A stretch of 64,000 nucleotides of DNA from Planctomycetota bacterium (GTDB taxonomy: Bacteria; Planctomycetota; UBA8108; SXIK01). The notes beneath the pieces were generated by a model. The model had not been told where the DNA came from. It saw nothing but the letters and a program-made list of their open reading frames with translations, and searched no databases. Where the stretch lies: contig OZ244999.1 in the NCBI GenBank assembly GCA_965223265.1, forward strand, positions 608,001-672,000, read 5' to 3'. Both the position numbers and the translations under genes were made by a program. Numbering within the stretch: the stretch's first letter is position 1; every line of letters starts with the position of its first letter. This document shows, one piece after another, positions 1 through 9,304 of the stretch.

Positions 1-175
1 GGGCGAGAGTTTCGCCGGCTTCCTTGGCCACGTCCGCGGCAAGGTCGCGCAACCCTTCGCGGACTCCTGCGAGCCGTTCTCCGATTCCGCTCCCGTTGTT
101 CATTCCCGCGCGTGCAGTTGGAGTCAGCCAATCGACGTTGTCCGAATTTGTGCGACTCCACATGTCCATGTCCGC

Positions 176-1336
176 CAACCCCATCGGATCCAGCCCATTG
201 ACCGGATTCCCGCCAACATAAGCATAGGCATTCCCAGCATTGCCGGGATCGCCCCACACGCCAATGGGATCGCGGCTGACGAAGCGGCCGAGTGTGGGGT
301 GGTACTGGCGCAGGCGGAAGTGGTAGAGCTGGGTCTCGAGGTCGAGGCGGCGGCCGGCGAAGAGGATGTCGTTGTCGTGGCTTGACGTGCCCGAGGGATT
401 CTGAAACGACGCATCGAGGAAGGTCACTTTGCCGTAGGCGTCGTAGTCGTAGCGCTCGAGCACGGCTCCGCTCGCGTCGAGGAGCGCGGTGACGTTCATG
501 TTGGCGTCTTGCGTGTAGTACTCCGGGTCGTCGAGTTCGTCGATGTCGCCGTCGGAGTCGGTGTCGCGCACGCGCAGAGCGATCGCGTCGATGTAGACTG
601 GGTGGTAGAGGTACTCTTCCTTCAGCGTTGTCGACAGCACCGGGTCGGTCGTCGGGTTCGAGCCGCGATCGACGGTGTCTTTGCGCACCTGCACGACTTG
701 CCAGCCGGCGCCGTAGTAGTACTCCCACACGTCCCAGTTCGTCGTCGCGGACTGTTTGGCGAACTTGCGAGTGCGCCTTCCGAGTCCGTCGTAGCGATAC
801 TCCGCTATGACCTCGCCGGCCTGCTTGACTGCCACCATGCGGTCGAAGGCGTCGAAGACGTACTCGTGCTCGGCGACAGCCTCACTGCCCGGGATCGGCG
901 CCTTGGTCGCGCTACCGTTGGCATCGAATTCCGGGTCCTTCCAGTTCGAGATCGCCGTCGCACTCGGCGGATCGGAGTGGTCGTTGTCGTCGTCAACCTC
1001 GTTGGCGTCGTTGTGCTGGCGCGTCTGCGTCGTCCAGCTCTGGCCGTTGTTGGTGGAGGTCTTGAACTCGGTCCAGTTGCCGAGCTCGTCGAACGTCCAC
1101 TCGGCCTTGTAGGTGGCGTTGGTGATCGAAGGCCCGCCACCGGTCAACTTGCCGCGGTCGAACTACGTGAGGCGGTAAAGACCGTCGTAGGTGTACTCCT
1201 GGTCGCGGTCGAGGTTGGACTGACCCGTCAGAGCAATGTCACGGTAGAGGCGATTGCCTGCGTCGTCGTGATTGTAGAGAAAACGATCCGCATCAGCGGT
1301 GCCGCTGCTACCGTCGCAGTAGTGACCCTTGATGCG
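176..1336. repeat. ~1.16-kb direct duplicate of the rhs core-coding region 2756..3916 (offset 2580)
   Basis: Line-by-line near identity, e.g. 181-240 vs 2761-2820 and 961-1020 identical to 3541-3600. Similarity stops right after the DPMGL codons. Confidence 0.95.
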
Positions 1337-1361
1337 TATAACCGTATATAACCGTATAACC
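1335..1361. repeat. Micro tandem repeat CGTATAAC-CGTATATAAC-CGTATAAC at the orphan homology breakpoint
   Basis: Read directly; begins where similarity to the main rhs ends (gatgcg|tata vs gatgcg|ccca). Confidence 0.8.
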
Positions 1362-1486
1362 TGTCCGAGGTTCGTTCTTTCGTTCTTTCTCCCGCTGCTT
1401 TCAGCTTCCCGGGTCATGTAGACAGCAAGGAATCGTCACAAATCGAACAAAAGAACATCGAGGTCAATTCGAGACGTGGCGCGAAC

Positions 1487-1737
1487 AACGACCCTGGGAC
1501 GGGTTTCCGGGTTGCGGAAAACGACCCTGGGACGGGATTGTTTAAAACGACCCAGGGGCGGGCTTTCCGCCCGGGGATCAAAAACGACCCTGGGACGGGT
1601 TCGTGGGAACCTGGGAGAACTTTGACCTCGGTCGTTCATCCACTAACGACCCTGGGACGGGTTTTCTTTTCTGCCGGGATGAAAAACGACCCTGGGACGG
1701 GATTTCCAAAAAAAAAGGATTTCCAAAAGGATTTCCA
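1487..1737. repeat. Six dispersed copies of 17-bp AACGACCCTGGGACGGG, then GGATTTCCA x3
   Basis: Copies start at 1487, 1520, 1546 (variant AACGACCCAGGGGCGGG), 1583, 1645 and 1685. Core CG-A-CCC-T-GGG-A-CG is an imperfect palindrome. GGATTTCCA starts at 1700, 1717 and 1729. Confidence 0.9.
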
Positions 1738-1753
1738 TCCCGGTGTGTCCAAA

Positions 1754-2080
1754 CTATCCAGCGTTGATCGATGTAATCCTCCCGACCCCGATCACCCGGT
1801 ACGAATCCAGCAACTCGACAAGCTCGTCCTCGACAAGGTGCCTACGGGTCTTTTCCTCTCCCTCGAACGCTGGATTAGCAAGGCGAAGCTCCACGGTGCT
1901 GGATCCAGTGGACTCATCGAAATCGAGATTGATAATCTCAACATCTCGTCCCCCGGAAAGCCAATCGCCAACCGCTCTCTGAAACCGAATTGTTGGACGA
2001 AGCCCCACAACGGGATCGTGTTGCCGACCTCCGACTTCCGGCTTCAACCATTGAACGGTCACTGTGAATGTGAGGCTCAT
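1754..2080 (-). CDS. Putative Rhs immunity protein, EF-Tu domain III-like (108 aa)
   Basis: ATG lies 3 nt after the rhs stop. FTVTVQWLKPEVGGRQHDPVVGLRPTIRF aligns ungapped with EF-Tu [29 protein letters not shown]; C-terminal RVIGVGRITSI resembles RTVGAGVVAKV. Confidence 0.8.
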   Translation of the reverse strand: MSLTFTVTVQWLKPEVGGRQHDPVVGLRPTIRFQRAVGDWLSGGRDVEIINLDFDESTGSSTVELRLANPAFEGEEKTRRHLVEDELVELLDSYRVIGVGRITSINAG

Positions 2081-2083
2081 GGA

Positions 2084-5000
2084 TTAGTTGCCCACGACGG
2101 GCTTGATTCTGGGTTGGTCGGCAGGAGGGACGGAAAATCCGCCGAACCCGTCGATATCAGGGTCTTTGTGTGCCCGGTCGTATACATCCTTTGGTACCTC
2201 ACCCTCGACGATGTTCTTGTTGTCTGGAAAGTTCTTTCTGTGCTGTTCGGCACCAGCCTTGGTATCGGCGAACCACTTATCTTCCATTGACTTGCCCTCC
2301 GGGTGAGGTCGGAATCCGTGTTCCTTAATGTCTTTCAGTTCAGCGTCCGACACTGCCCGATATCCCTTCTTTCGAGCTCGTCGTAGCTCACATACCTTTT
2401 TCCTCAAATCCTTGACCGCGTCAATGAGCTTCGCGCCAATTTTTGTCAGCGGGACCTTTTTCAAAGCAGCGAGAACCGAAGCCGTTCCGAGCGCCCATGC
2501 GGCTTTCTCCTTAGCGGCAGCTTCAATCTCTCTGAGGTCATCGATCAATCCATGGTATTCCGAATGCAACAACCGTATAGCTCCAGCATTCGGACCCGCG
2601 AAGACGGCTAGGTCTAGCGCCTTATCCACCCACGGGCTCCACGCTTCCAAACGATCCGCTGCCGCACTGGCATAATTCTGGATCCTCTCGAAGGCATCCG
2701 GCTCGGGCGGCCCGCCACCCCCGCCTACCATCACGTCGTGGCGGAAAGTCGCCCGCAACCCCATCGGATCCAGCCCATTGACCGGATTCCCCCCAACATA
2801 AGCATAGGCATTCCCAGCATTGCCGGGATCTCCCCACACGCCAATGGGATCGCGGCTGACGAAGCGGCCGAGTGTGGGGTGGTACTGGCGTAGGCGGAAG
2901 TGGTAGAGCTGGGTCTCGAGGTCGAGGCGGCGGCCGGCGAAGAGGATGTCGTTGTCGTGACTTGAGGTTCCTGAGGGGTTCTGAAACGACGCGTCGAGGA
3001 ATGTTACTTTGCCGTAGGCGTCGTAGTCGTAGCGCTCGAGCACCGCGCCGCTGGCGTCGAGGAGCGCGGTGACGTTCATGTTGGAGTCTTGCGTGTAGTA
3101 CTCGGGGTCGTCGAGCTCGTCGATGTCGCCGTCGGAGTCGGTGTCGCGCACGCGAAGCGCGATCGCGTCGATGTAGACTGGGTGGTAGAGGTATTCCTCT
3201 TTCAGTGTCGTCGACAGCACCGGGTCGGTCGTTGGATTCGAGCCACGGTCGACCGTGTCCTTGCGCACCTGCACGACCTGCCAGCCAGCGCCGTAGTAGT
3301 ATTCCCACACGTCCCAGTTCGTCGTTCCGGACTGTTTGGCGAACTTGCGGATGCGCCTTCCGAGTCCGTCGTAGCGGTACTCGGCGATGACGTCCCCGGC
3401 CTGCTTCACCTCCACCATGCGGTCGAAGGCGTCGAAGACGTACTCGTGCTCGGCGAGAGCCTCACTGCCCGGGATCGGCGCCTTGGTCGCGCTGCCGTTG
3501 GCATCGAACTCCGGGTCCTTCCAGTTCGAGATCGCCGTCGCACTCGGCGGATCGGAGTGGTCGTTGTCGTCGTCAACCTCGTTGGCGTCGTTGTGCTGGC
3601 GCGTCTGCGTCGTCCAGCTCTGGCCGTTGTCGGTCGAGGTCTTGAACTCGGTCCAGTTGCCGAGCTCGTCGAACGTCCACTCGGCCTTGTAGGTGGCGTT
3701 GGTGATCGATGGCCCGCCGCCGGTCAACTTGCCGCGGTCGAATTCGGTGAGGCGGTAAAGACCGTCGTAGGCGTACTCCTGGTCTCGGTCGAGGTTCGCC
3801 GTGCCGGTGAGCGCGATGTCGCGATAAAGGCGGTTTCCGGCATCGTCGTGGTTGTAGAGAAAGCGGTCGGCATCAGCTGTGCCGCTGCTGCCGTCCCAGT
3901 AGTGATCCTTGATGCGCCCAAAGCGATCGAGGCCGTCGTATTTGCTGCCAATCTCATAGCTCAGAGCAATGTTTGCCGCTGGATAGGCAGCACTTGCCAG
4001 CTGTCCACCGGCGGTGCGCGCGTATCTCGTCACGACTGCTCCCGCGCTGCCGGCGCCGTTATCGCGCGCCACCTCATGCAGGCGATGGAGCTTGTCGGTG
4101 ATGCTTCCCGCTGTGCCGTAGAGGAGATGTGCCCTCTTCGGTTCGGCTGCGGTGTCGCCAGGGTAGCGGAGCTGCTGGAGGCGACGGCCGTTGAGGAAAA
4201 CGCCGCCGCTGCCAGAGTTCGACAGATCGTAGGCGTAGCCGACGGCGAGTGTGTTCGCATCCACACCGCCGAAGTGCTCCTCCCACACCGTGGTCAGCGC
4301 CGAGGCGTCGTCGTAGTCGTAGTTCACCTCACTGTCGACGGGGTTGTTTGGCGTCTCCGAGCCGCCGGCAACCAGATAGCTCGTGATGCTCTCCAAGCGA
4401 ACCAGGCCATCGTAGGTGCGCTCGATCGACCTGATACGGTTGTCGACGTTCGCACCGAGCGTTGTCACATCGACGCGTTTGAAAAGGCGTCGATCGTTCG
4501 TGTAGGTGTAGTCAAGGACGGTGCCGTTTTGGTCGGTGCGCCGCGTCAGCGCGCCGTCGTCGGCGTATTCGAAGAGCACCTCGTTCGCACCCGCAGGCAG
4601 GTTGTCGGCGTAGGTGATCTTGGTTGCGAGCAGGGCGTAGACCGAGTGCGCGTAGGTGTACGACGTCACCTGATCCGTCCCTGAAGTCACCGCCGTGCGC
4701 GAGGTCACGCTCAGATCGTCGTAGGCGATCTGTGAGATGCGGCCGATACCGCCAGCGCCGGCGTCGGCAGTCACCTGCGTTGTGCGGCCGAAGTCGTCGT
4801 ACTGAAACGTGGATTCCTTGCCTGCGACGTCGATCACTTTCGAAATCCGAGCCGCAGCGTCATACTCGTAGCGACTGACGAGCATGCTCGCGTCGCTTGC
4901 CGTCGGTTCGCTCGACGGCCGTGCCGGAAGCGGCGCGTGAGTCCAGTCATCACCGCTGTCGCCCGACCCGAAGTAGGCGATCGTGCTCAGGAGCTCGGCG

Positions 5001-8000
5001 GTCTGGTCGGTCGTCGACTGGTCGGTCGGGTAGTGCCAGAAGTAGGTCGTCTCGAAGACGAAGTTGTCTGCGGTGACGTCGATTCCACTTTCTCCATCGT
5101 AGGCATCCAGTGAATGAACAGAGGTCACTGTGCCATCGCCGGCGTGCACAACGTGCGAGATCGTCAGCGCGTTTTTGACTGTTCCCGCGGTCCACGTGCT
5201 CGGGTCCGGATTGACGTTCGGCTCGGGGTCGACGTACTGAAAGGCGCCGTTGCCGTCGTACTTCGTCGTTTGTAGCGCCGTGACGAGTCGGCTTTGATAG
5301 AGCCGCCGAGCGCCATCGTACGCCACTTCGGCGGCGGCGCCGTTGGTGCTCTCGCTTGCAACGAGAAAATCATTTCGGTTGTAGTAGCGCAGGCTTTCGG
5401 AATAGTTGCCCGCGCCGCCACTTGAGCCGACGACGTAGGCCCGCGTACGAAAGATGCGTCCGCGCTCATCGCGCTCGAACGTCGCGAGGCTCCGCCGGCC
5501 TGAAACCGCGTTCAGATTCTCGACGACGTCGTCATAGTTCGTCTGCCACGTCGGCTCGGTTTCATAGACAGCGCTCGCGGTCACTCTTCCCATCCAAGAG
5601 ACGTCGCGCATGACGTACGGCCCGATATCGTCCTCGGTGCCGCCGCCATCGTGAATCGGCTCGACGCCCCGCAGATGCCCCAAGTAGGTCAGGTGAAACT
5701 GAGTGCCAGTGTAGTTCGTGGCGTCGCTGAATGACTTGACTTTCGTCAGGCGATCGTCCTTTTCGTACGGCGAGCTGATGCTGCCGCCGTACTCATACTC
5801 GGTCGTCTTGGTCAGCGCCAGAGTCGCATAGTTCGCACTTGCGTTGTGAGAGCTGTCGCTGACTGCCGTGTGCACCTCGGTCAGGTTGTCGCGCGCGTCG
5901 TAGACGTATTTGGTGACCTGTTCGACGCCAAGACCCTCGTCGCGGGTCGAACTGATCACGTACTCCGTCCTACCGATCTCGTCGTAGAAAAACATCGTAC
6001 GACTGTAGTTCGCGGCGGTGCCGAGTGACCGCGTCGTCCCCGCCGGGATGTCGTAGTAGGAGTCCACCGACTCCAGCTCACCTCCCACGGCGTCGTAGTT
6101 GAAATGAGTCCATGTGAGATAGTCGTTTTGGTTCTCGAGGTTCGTGACGTCGATCGGCAATGCACCACTGAGCTTTATCGACGTCGTCGTCGCCATCGTG
6201 AACGAGTCTACAGGTCTCCCAGCACTGTCGGTTTTCGCCACGATGATCGGGCGCCGCGGTGTGTTGTCGTCGTCATCCCAGTGAGTGAAGTGCATCGTCG
6301 TGTTCTTTTTATAGCCGACGAAGTGCTGACGCCCCCCAGCGTCGACCGACTCGCGCAGTCTGCCCATGAAGTCGTAGAAGTACTTCGTCTTCGCCTCGAC
6401 TGCGGCAGGTAGGTGCGTTGAGCGTTCGAACCCCGCTGGCACCGATCCCGACCAGCCGACTTGGTGGCTGTTGTCCGTCGTGATCTCCAGGTCGCTGGCG
6501 ACGGTCGTGGTGTCGACGTCGGTGACGACGAGCGCCGAGCCGCCCATCTCGGGATGATAGGAGTAGTAGTTCACAGAACCTTCGCCGTCCTTCGTCCAGC
6601 GCAGCCGCCCGAGCTCGTCGTAGTAGACGAGCGTCTCTGTGCGCTGACCCGAGCCGTTCTTGGTCGTCGACACCGCAGGCAAGATCGTCTTGACGGTTTT
6701 GACAGCGCGATCTGCCGTATCCCAGAAGGTGTATTCGTAGTCCGTCTTGAGGGCTCCTACCCCCCTGGCGGTGACCGGCGTCGGGTAAGCGAACCTCGCG
6801 GTGATGACGTTCTTTTCTGTATGGTCTTCCCCGACGGTATCGCCGTCGCCGTCGCCGTAGTCGGCGGAGCTCAAGTAGAACTCGTCGCCGCCAGTGCCGG
6901 CTTTAATCAAAACGTCAGTTGGCCAGCCCTTGGAGTTGTACTTGAACGTGTAGAAGAGGCCGCTCGTTGAGTGGAGCGTGCTCGTGTCGAGAGGATCGCT
7001 CAGAAATGTCTTCAGCTCGGCGTCCGTCGCGACGTCATGAGCTGAGGCGAAACGTTCCTCTACGACTCGGTTGTAAGAGAAGTTCGACGATGTGCCGGTT
7101 CCGAGCTCGATCGAGTAGCACCACACATTCGGTGGCGAGACGGTCGGGTCCTTGATGAAAGCTTCTCTCAGGAACCGATCATCCTTGTTCAAGCTCTTGA
7201 TGTAGCGCCGCTTGCCAACGTGATTCGCTGGCAGCGGATCAGTCACGTCCACGGTGTCGGCGACGATCAAGCGCGTCGCCTTGTTGAGATCGTTCTGCCC
7301 AGGCGGTGGGTTATGCGTCACGCTCATGTAGTAGTACTGATACTCGGCGCGGCCGGCGTCCGTTCCTCCGCAGCTCGAGCAGCTTCCCTGTTTGAACGTT
7401 TTGAGCATTCCTGTTTCGTTGAAGGGAGCGCCGCCGTACTTGGTCTCAAGGTTCTCACTGCCCCAAACAGTGCTGGTTCCCGAATAGGTGCTCTCGTTCG
7501 AGGTGTAGTAGGTGTAGCTCTCTTCAGCAAAAGCTTCGATTGTGAGACCACCTTGCTGCGTCGTCTCGTCGAGAAGAAGGACGTCTTCTGGGGTGGTGAC
7601 GCCTGTGAAGCCATGGGCGAGGATCCTTGCGATGGCGTTATCTGAATAGCGCGTCTTGATTTGGTGGTCGCCACCGTCGCTGCTGCCATCGCGGTAGTAG
7701 CGGTACTGCGTGACGTATTCGATCAAGGTCGAGTTGTTACTCTCCTTGACGACCTTCTTGACCTGAACGAGATCGCCAATGCGGCCAAGGTAGCTGATCT
7801 CAGAGTCGAGATTGCCTTGGTCGAGCAGGTCGCCGTAGTAGGTGTACTCGACGTAGCGAATCGGATTCGTCGTCTCCGAGTCGTCGAAAATCTCGATCTT
7901 GCTGACGCGCCCTGCAGCCGTCCCGCTCGTGTTGTACGTGTAACGGCGGGTCTGCAGGATCGTCTCGCTGGCCGTCCCCGGTCCACGTACGAGCTCAACC

Positions 8001-9196
8001 GTCTCGACTTTTTCACGCAGATGAACGCTCGCCGTGATGGGATGGTAATCGTAGCGAAACCTCACGCGCTGCGCCGGGTCCGAGTGACTCTCGCTGTAGT
8101 CCGTGCTCGCATAAGCGACCTTGTGCTGTGCAGCGGCCTCCGCCTGATCGCCGTAAAAGCCAACGACCGAAGTCGAATCGAGCTGGCGCAGAACATAGGT
8201 TTGGCTCGCACCGCTGCCCTCGCTACTGAACACAGCCTGCGTGTCATGATTCTTGGCGCGATACGTCGAGCCTCCCGCAGGGCTGAACGAGACGCGCGAG
8301 CCGTGCAGCACCAGGTCCGCCCCTTCGAACGAAATGGAGGTGGTCTCGAGACCAGAGCGAGAACCTTCCCCCATGATCTCTTTCTCGTCACACTTGGGTT
8401 CTGTTTCGTTGCCCGAGTCGTGAGAGCGGGCTACCGAGGTGGCACTATTAATGATCACCGGTGCGGTAGCGGAGAGATCGACGCCGGCGTTCAACATGGC
8501 GCCCGACGTCGACAGGGGCGGTGCGGGAGGCCGAGGCGGTTCGACCCGCCAGCGCTCCGCGTGGTCGGGAAGCTGGACGTCGCTGTTGCCGCTCCCGCCG
8601 GCACCTCCTGGTCCGCCCTTGCTTCCTGGTGTCAACCCTGCAATCGGTGGGACCGGATCGCCCGGCTTGATGTGGTGTTCGACAAACGGCATCTCGACAA
8701 CGAGACCTGGACTGCGCACCCCCTGGCTCGCACCAAACCCCTCCGAGCGACCAGACGCCGGACTGCCCAGATCATCCTGGGCTAGCTCCTTCGGCAACAC
8801 CGGAGAACCTGCTCCAGGAACACCCCAGCCGGTGAACCCCGGTCCGCTCGGAGGAGCCGGCATCGGACCGTATGCTGAGTGCGCTGAGTCGGGCGGCGTA
8901 AACGTTGAAATGAGACGATTTTCACCACTCAGATCCGTTCCACCGCTCAGATCTGCGCCGCCGGCCAAATCGAGTACGTCCCCGACGGTCAGATCGCCCG
9001 CATCACCGCTGAGCATCGTACCGAAGGCGTCTGACGGCGTTGACACCTCCGATTTCTCATCACATGGGTGCTTCGCGCGCTCCGCGGAATTGTCACACTC
9101 GCACGGCGGAGGATCGGTCGAAAACGCAGTGGAAGGCAGCAACAAAGCTCCGGCGGTGAGAATCGTCAGCCAGAAAATCGACTTAGCGGGGTACAT
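2084..9196 (-). CDS. Rhs/YD-repeat polymorphic toxin (~2370 aa) with N-terminal signal peptide and C-terminal toxin tip
   Basis: Many YD repeats (YYDELGRL, YDAAARI, YDDFGR, YDGLGRR). Rhs core ERYDYDAYG...LYHFRLRQYHPTLGRFVSRDPIG...YAYVGGNPVNGLDPMGL. ATG 9196 has AAGGA RBS and begins MYPAKSIFWLTILTAGALLLPSTAFS (ORF track starts at 9295). Confidence 0.95.
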   Translation of the reverse strand: MYPAKSIFWLTILTAGALLLPSTAFSTDPPPCECDNSAERAKHPCDEKSEVSTPSDAFGTMLSGDAGDLTVGDVLDLAGGADLSGGTDLSGENRLISTFTPPDSAHSAYGPMPAPPSGPGFTGWGVPGAGSPVLPKELAQDDLGSPASGRSEGFGASQGVRSPGLVVEMPFVEHHIKPGDPVPPIAGLTPGSKGGPGGAGGSGNSDVQLPDHAERWRVEPPRPPAPPLSTSGAMLNAGVDLSATAPVIINSATSVARSHDSGNETEPKCDEKEIMGEGSRSGLETTSISFEGADLVLHGSRVSFSPAGGSTYRAKNHDTQAVFSSEGSGASQTYVLRQLDSTSVVGFYGDQAEAAAQHKVAYASTDYSESHSDPAQRVRFRYDYHPITASVHLREKVETVELVRGPGTASETILQTRRYTYNTSGTAAGRVSKIEIFDDSETTNPIRYVEYTYYGDLLDQGNLDSEISYLGRIGDLVQVKKVVKESNNSTLIEYVTQYRYYRDGSSDGGDHQIKTRYSDNAIARILAHGFTGVTTPEDVLLLDETTQQGGLTIEAFAEESYTYYTSNESTYSGTSTVWGSENLETKYGGAPFNETGMLKTFKQGSCSSCGGTDAGRAEYQYYYMSVTHNPPPGQNDLNKATRLIVADTVDVTDPLPANHVGKRRYIKSLNKDDRFLREAFIKDPTVSPPNVWCYSIELGTGTSSNFSYNRVVEERFASAHDVATDAELKTFLSDPLDTSTLHSTSGLFYTFKYNSKGWPTDVLIKAGTGGDEFYLSSADYGDGDGDTVGEDHTEKNVITARFAYPTPVTARGVGALKTDYEYTFWDTADRAVKTVKTILPAVSTTKNGSGQRTETLVYYDELGRLRWTKDGEGSVNYYSYHPEMGGSALVVTDVDTTTVASDLEITTDNSHQVGWSGSVPAGFERSTHLPAAVEAKTKYFYDFMGRLRESVDAGGRQHFVGYKKNTTMHFTHWDDDDNTPRRPIIVAKTDSAGRPVDSFTMATTTSIKLSGALPIDVTNLENQNDYLTWTHFNYDAVGGELESVDSYYDIPAGTTRSLGTAANYSRTMFFYDEIGRTEYVISSTRDEGLGVEQVTKYVYDARDNLTEVHTAVSDSSHNASANYATLALTKTTEYEYGGSISSPYEKDDRLTKVKSFSDATNYTGTQFHLTYLGHLRGVEPIHDGGGTEDDIGPYVMRDVSWMGRVTASAVYETEPTWQTNYDDVVENLNAVSGRRSLATFERDERGRIFRTRAYVVGSSGGAGNYSESLRYYNRNDFLVASESTNGAAAEVAYDGARRLYQSRLVTALQTTKYDGNGAFQYVDPEPNVNPDPSTWTAGTVKNALTISHVVHAGDGTVTSVHSLDAYDGESGIDVTADNFVFETTYFWHYPTDQSTTDQTAELLSTIAYFGSGDSGDDWTHAPLPARPSSEPTASDASMLVSRYEYDAAARISKVIDVAGKESTFQYDDFGRTTQVTADAGAGGIGRISQIAYDDLSVTSRTAVTSGTDQVTSYTYAHSVYALLATKITYADNLPAGANEVLFEYADDGALTRRTDQNGTVLDYTYTNDRRLFKRVDVTTLGANVDNRIRSIERTYDGLVRLESITSYLVAGGSETPNNPVDSEVNYDYDDASALTTVWEEHFGGVDANTLAVGYAYDLSNSGSGGVFLNGRRLQQLRYPGDTAAEPKRAHLLYGTAGSITDKLHRLHEVARDNGAGSAGAVVTRYARTAGGQLASAAYPAANIALSYEIGSKYDGLDRFGRIKDHYWDGSSGTADADRFLYNHDDAGNRLYRDIALTGTANLDRDQEYAYDGLYRLTEFDRGKLTGGGPSITNATYKAEWTFDELGNWTEFKTSTDNGQSWTTQTRQHNDANEVDDDNDHSDPPSATAISNWKDPEFDANGSATKAPIPGSEALAEHEYVFDAFDRMVEVKQAGDVIAEYRYDGLGRRIRKFAKQSGTTNWDVWEYYYGAGWQVVQVRKDTVDRGSNPTTDPVLSTTLKEEYLYHPVYIDAIALRVRDTDSDGDIDELDDPEYYTQDSNMNVTALLDASGAVLERYDYDAYGKVTFLDASFQNPSGTSSHDNDILFAGRRLDLETQLYHFRLRQYHPTLGRFVSRDPIGVWGDPGNAGNAYAYVGGNPVNGLDPMGLRATFRHDVMVGGGGGPPEPDAFERIQNYASAAADRLEAWSPWVDKALDLAVFAGPNAGAIRLLHSEYHGLIDDLREIEAAAKEKAAWALGTASVLAALKKVPLTKIGAKLIDAVKDLRKKVCELRRARKKGYRAVSDAELKDIKEHGFRPHPEGKSMEDKWFADTKAGAEQHRKNFPDNKNIVEGEVPKDVYDRAHKDPDIDGFGGFSVPPADQPRIKPVVGN

Positions 9197-9304
9197 GCGC
9201 TTATCCTTGAAAACGGGTTCGTTTGGGTTGGATTCACGTTCGGTCGTACGAGGGTGCTGGGCCTCGGCTCTTTCTCGGGCGCTCAAGGCCCGCATCTCTT
9301 CGCC

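Larger units (their letters stand above)
1..1417 (-). pseudogene. Orphan rhs core plus alternative C-terminal toxin tip; in-frame nonsense codon; continues past window start
   Basis: Frame from ATG 1417 (ORF 1163..1417) matches the main Rhs from ~1336 down. TAG at 1165-1163 sits where the main gene has GAA (YRLT*FDRG vs YRLTEFDRG). The frame then stays open through DPMGL (190-176) into a different tip (ADMDMWSRTNSDNVDWLTPTARAGMNNGSGIGERLAGVREGLRDLAADVAKEAGETLA...). Confidence 0.85.

Noticed and set aside
1163-1165. Programmed amber readthrough or pyrrolysine
   Set aside because: Aligns to a Glu codon in the paralog (GAG to TAG is one change); no pyl genes; other genes here use TAG as stop.
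1487-1701. CRISPR array
   Set aside because: Repeat is only 17 bp, spacers are irregular (9-45 bp) and low complexity, and no cas genes are present.
1754-2080. tuf pseudogene fragment
   Set aside because: Too divergent for the highly conserved tuf; the ORF is intact with its own start coupled to rhs; no domain I/II remnants.
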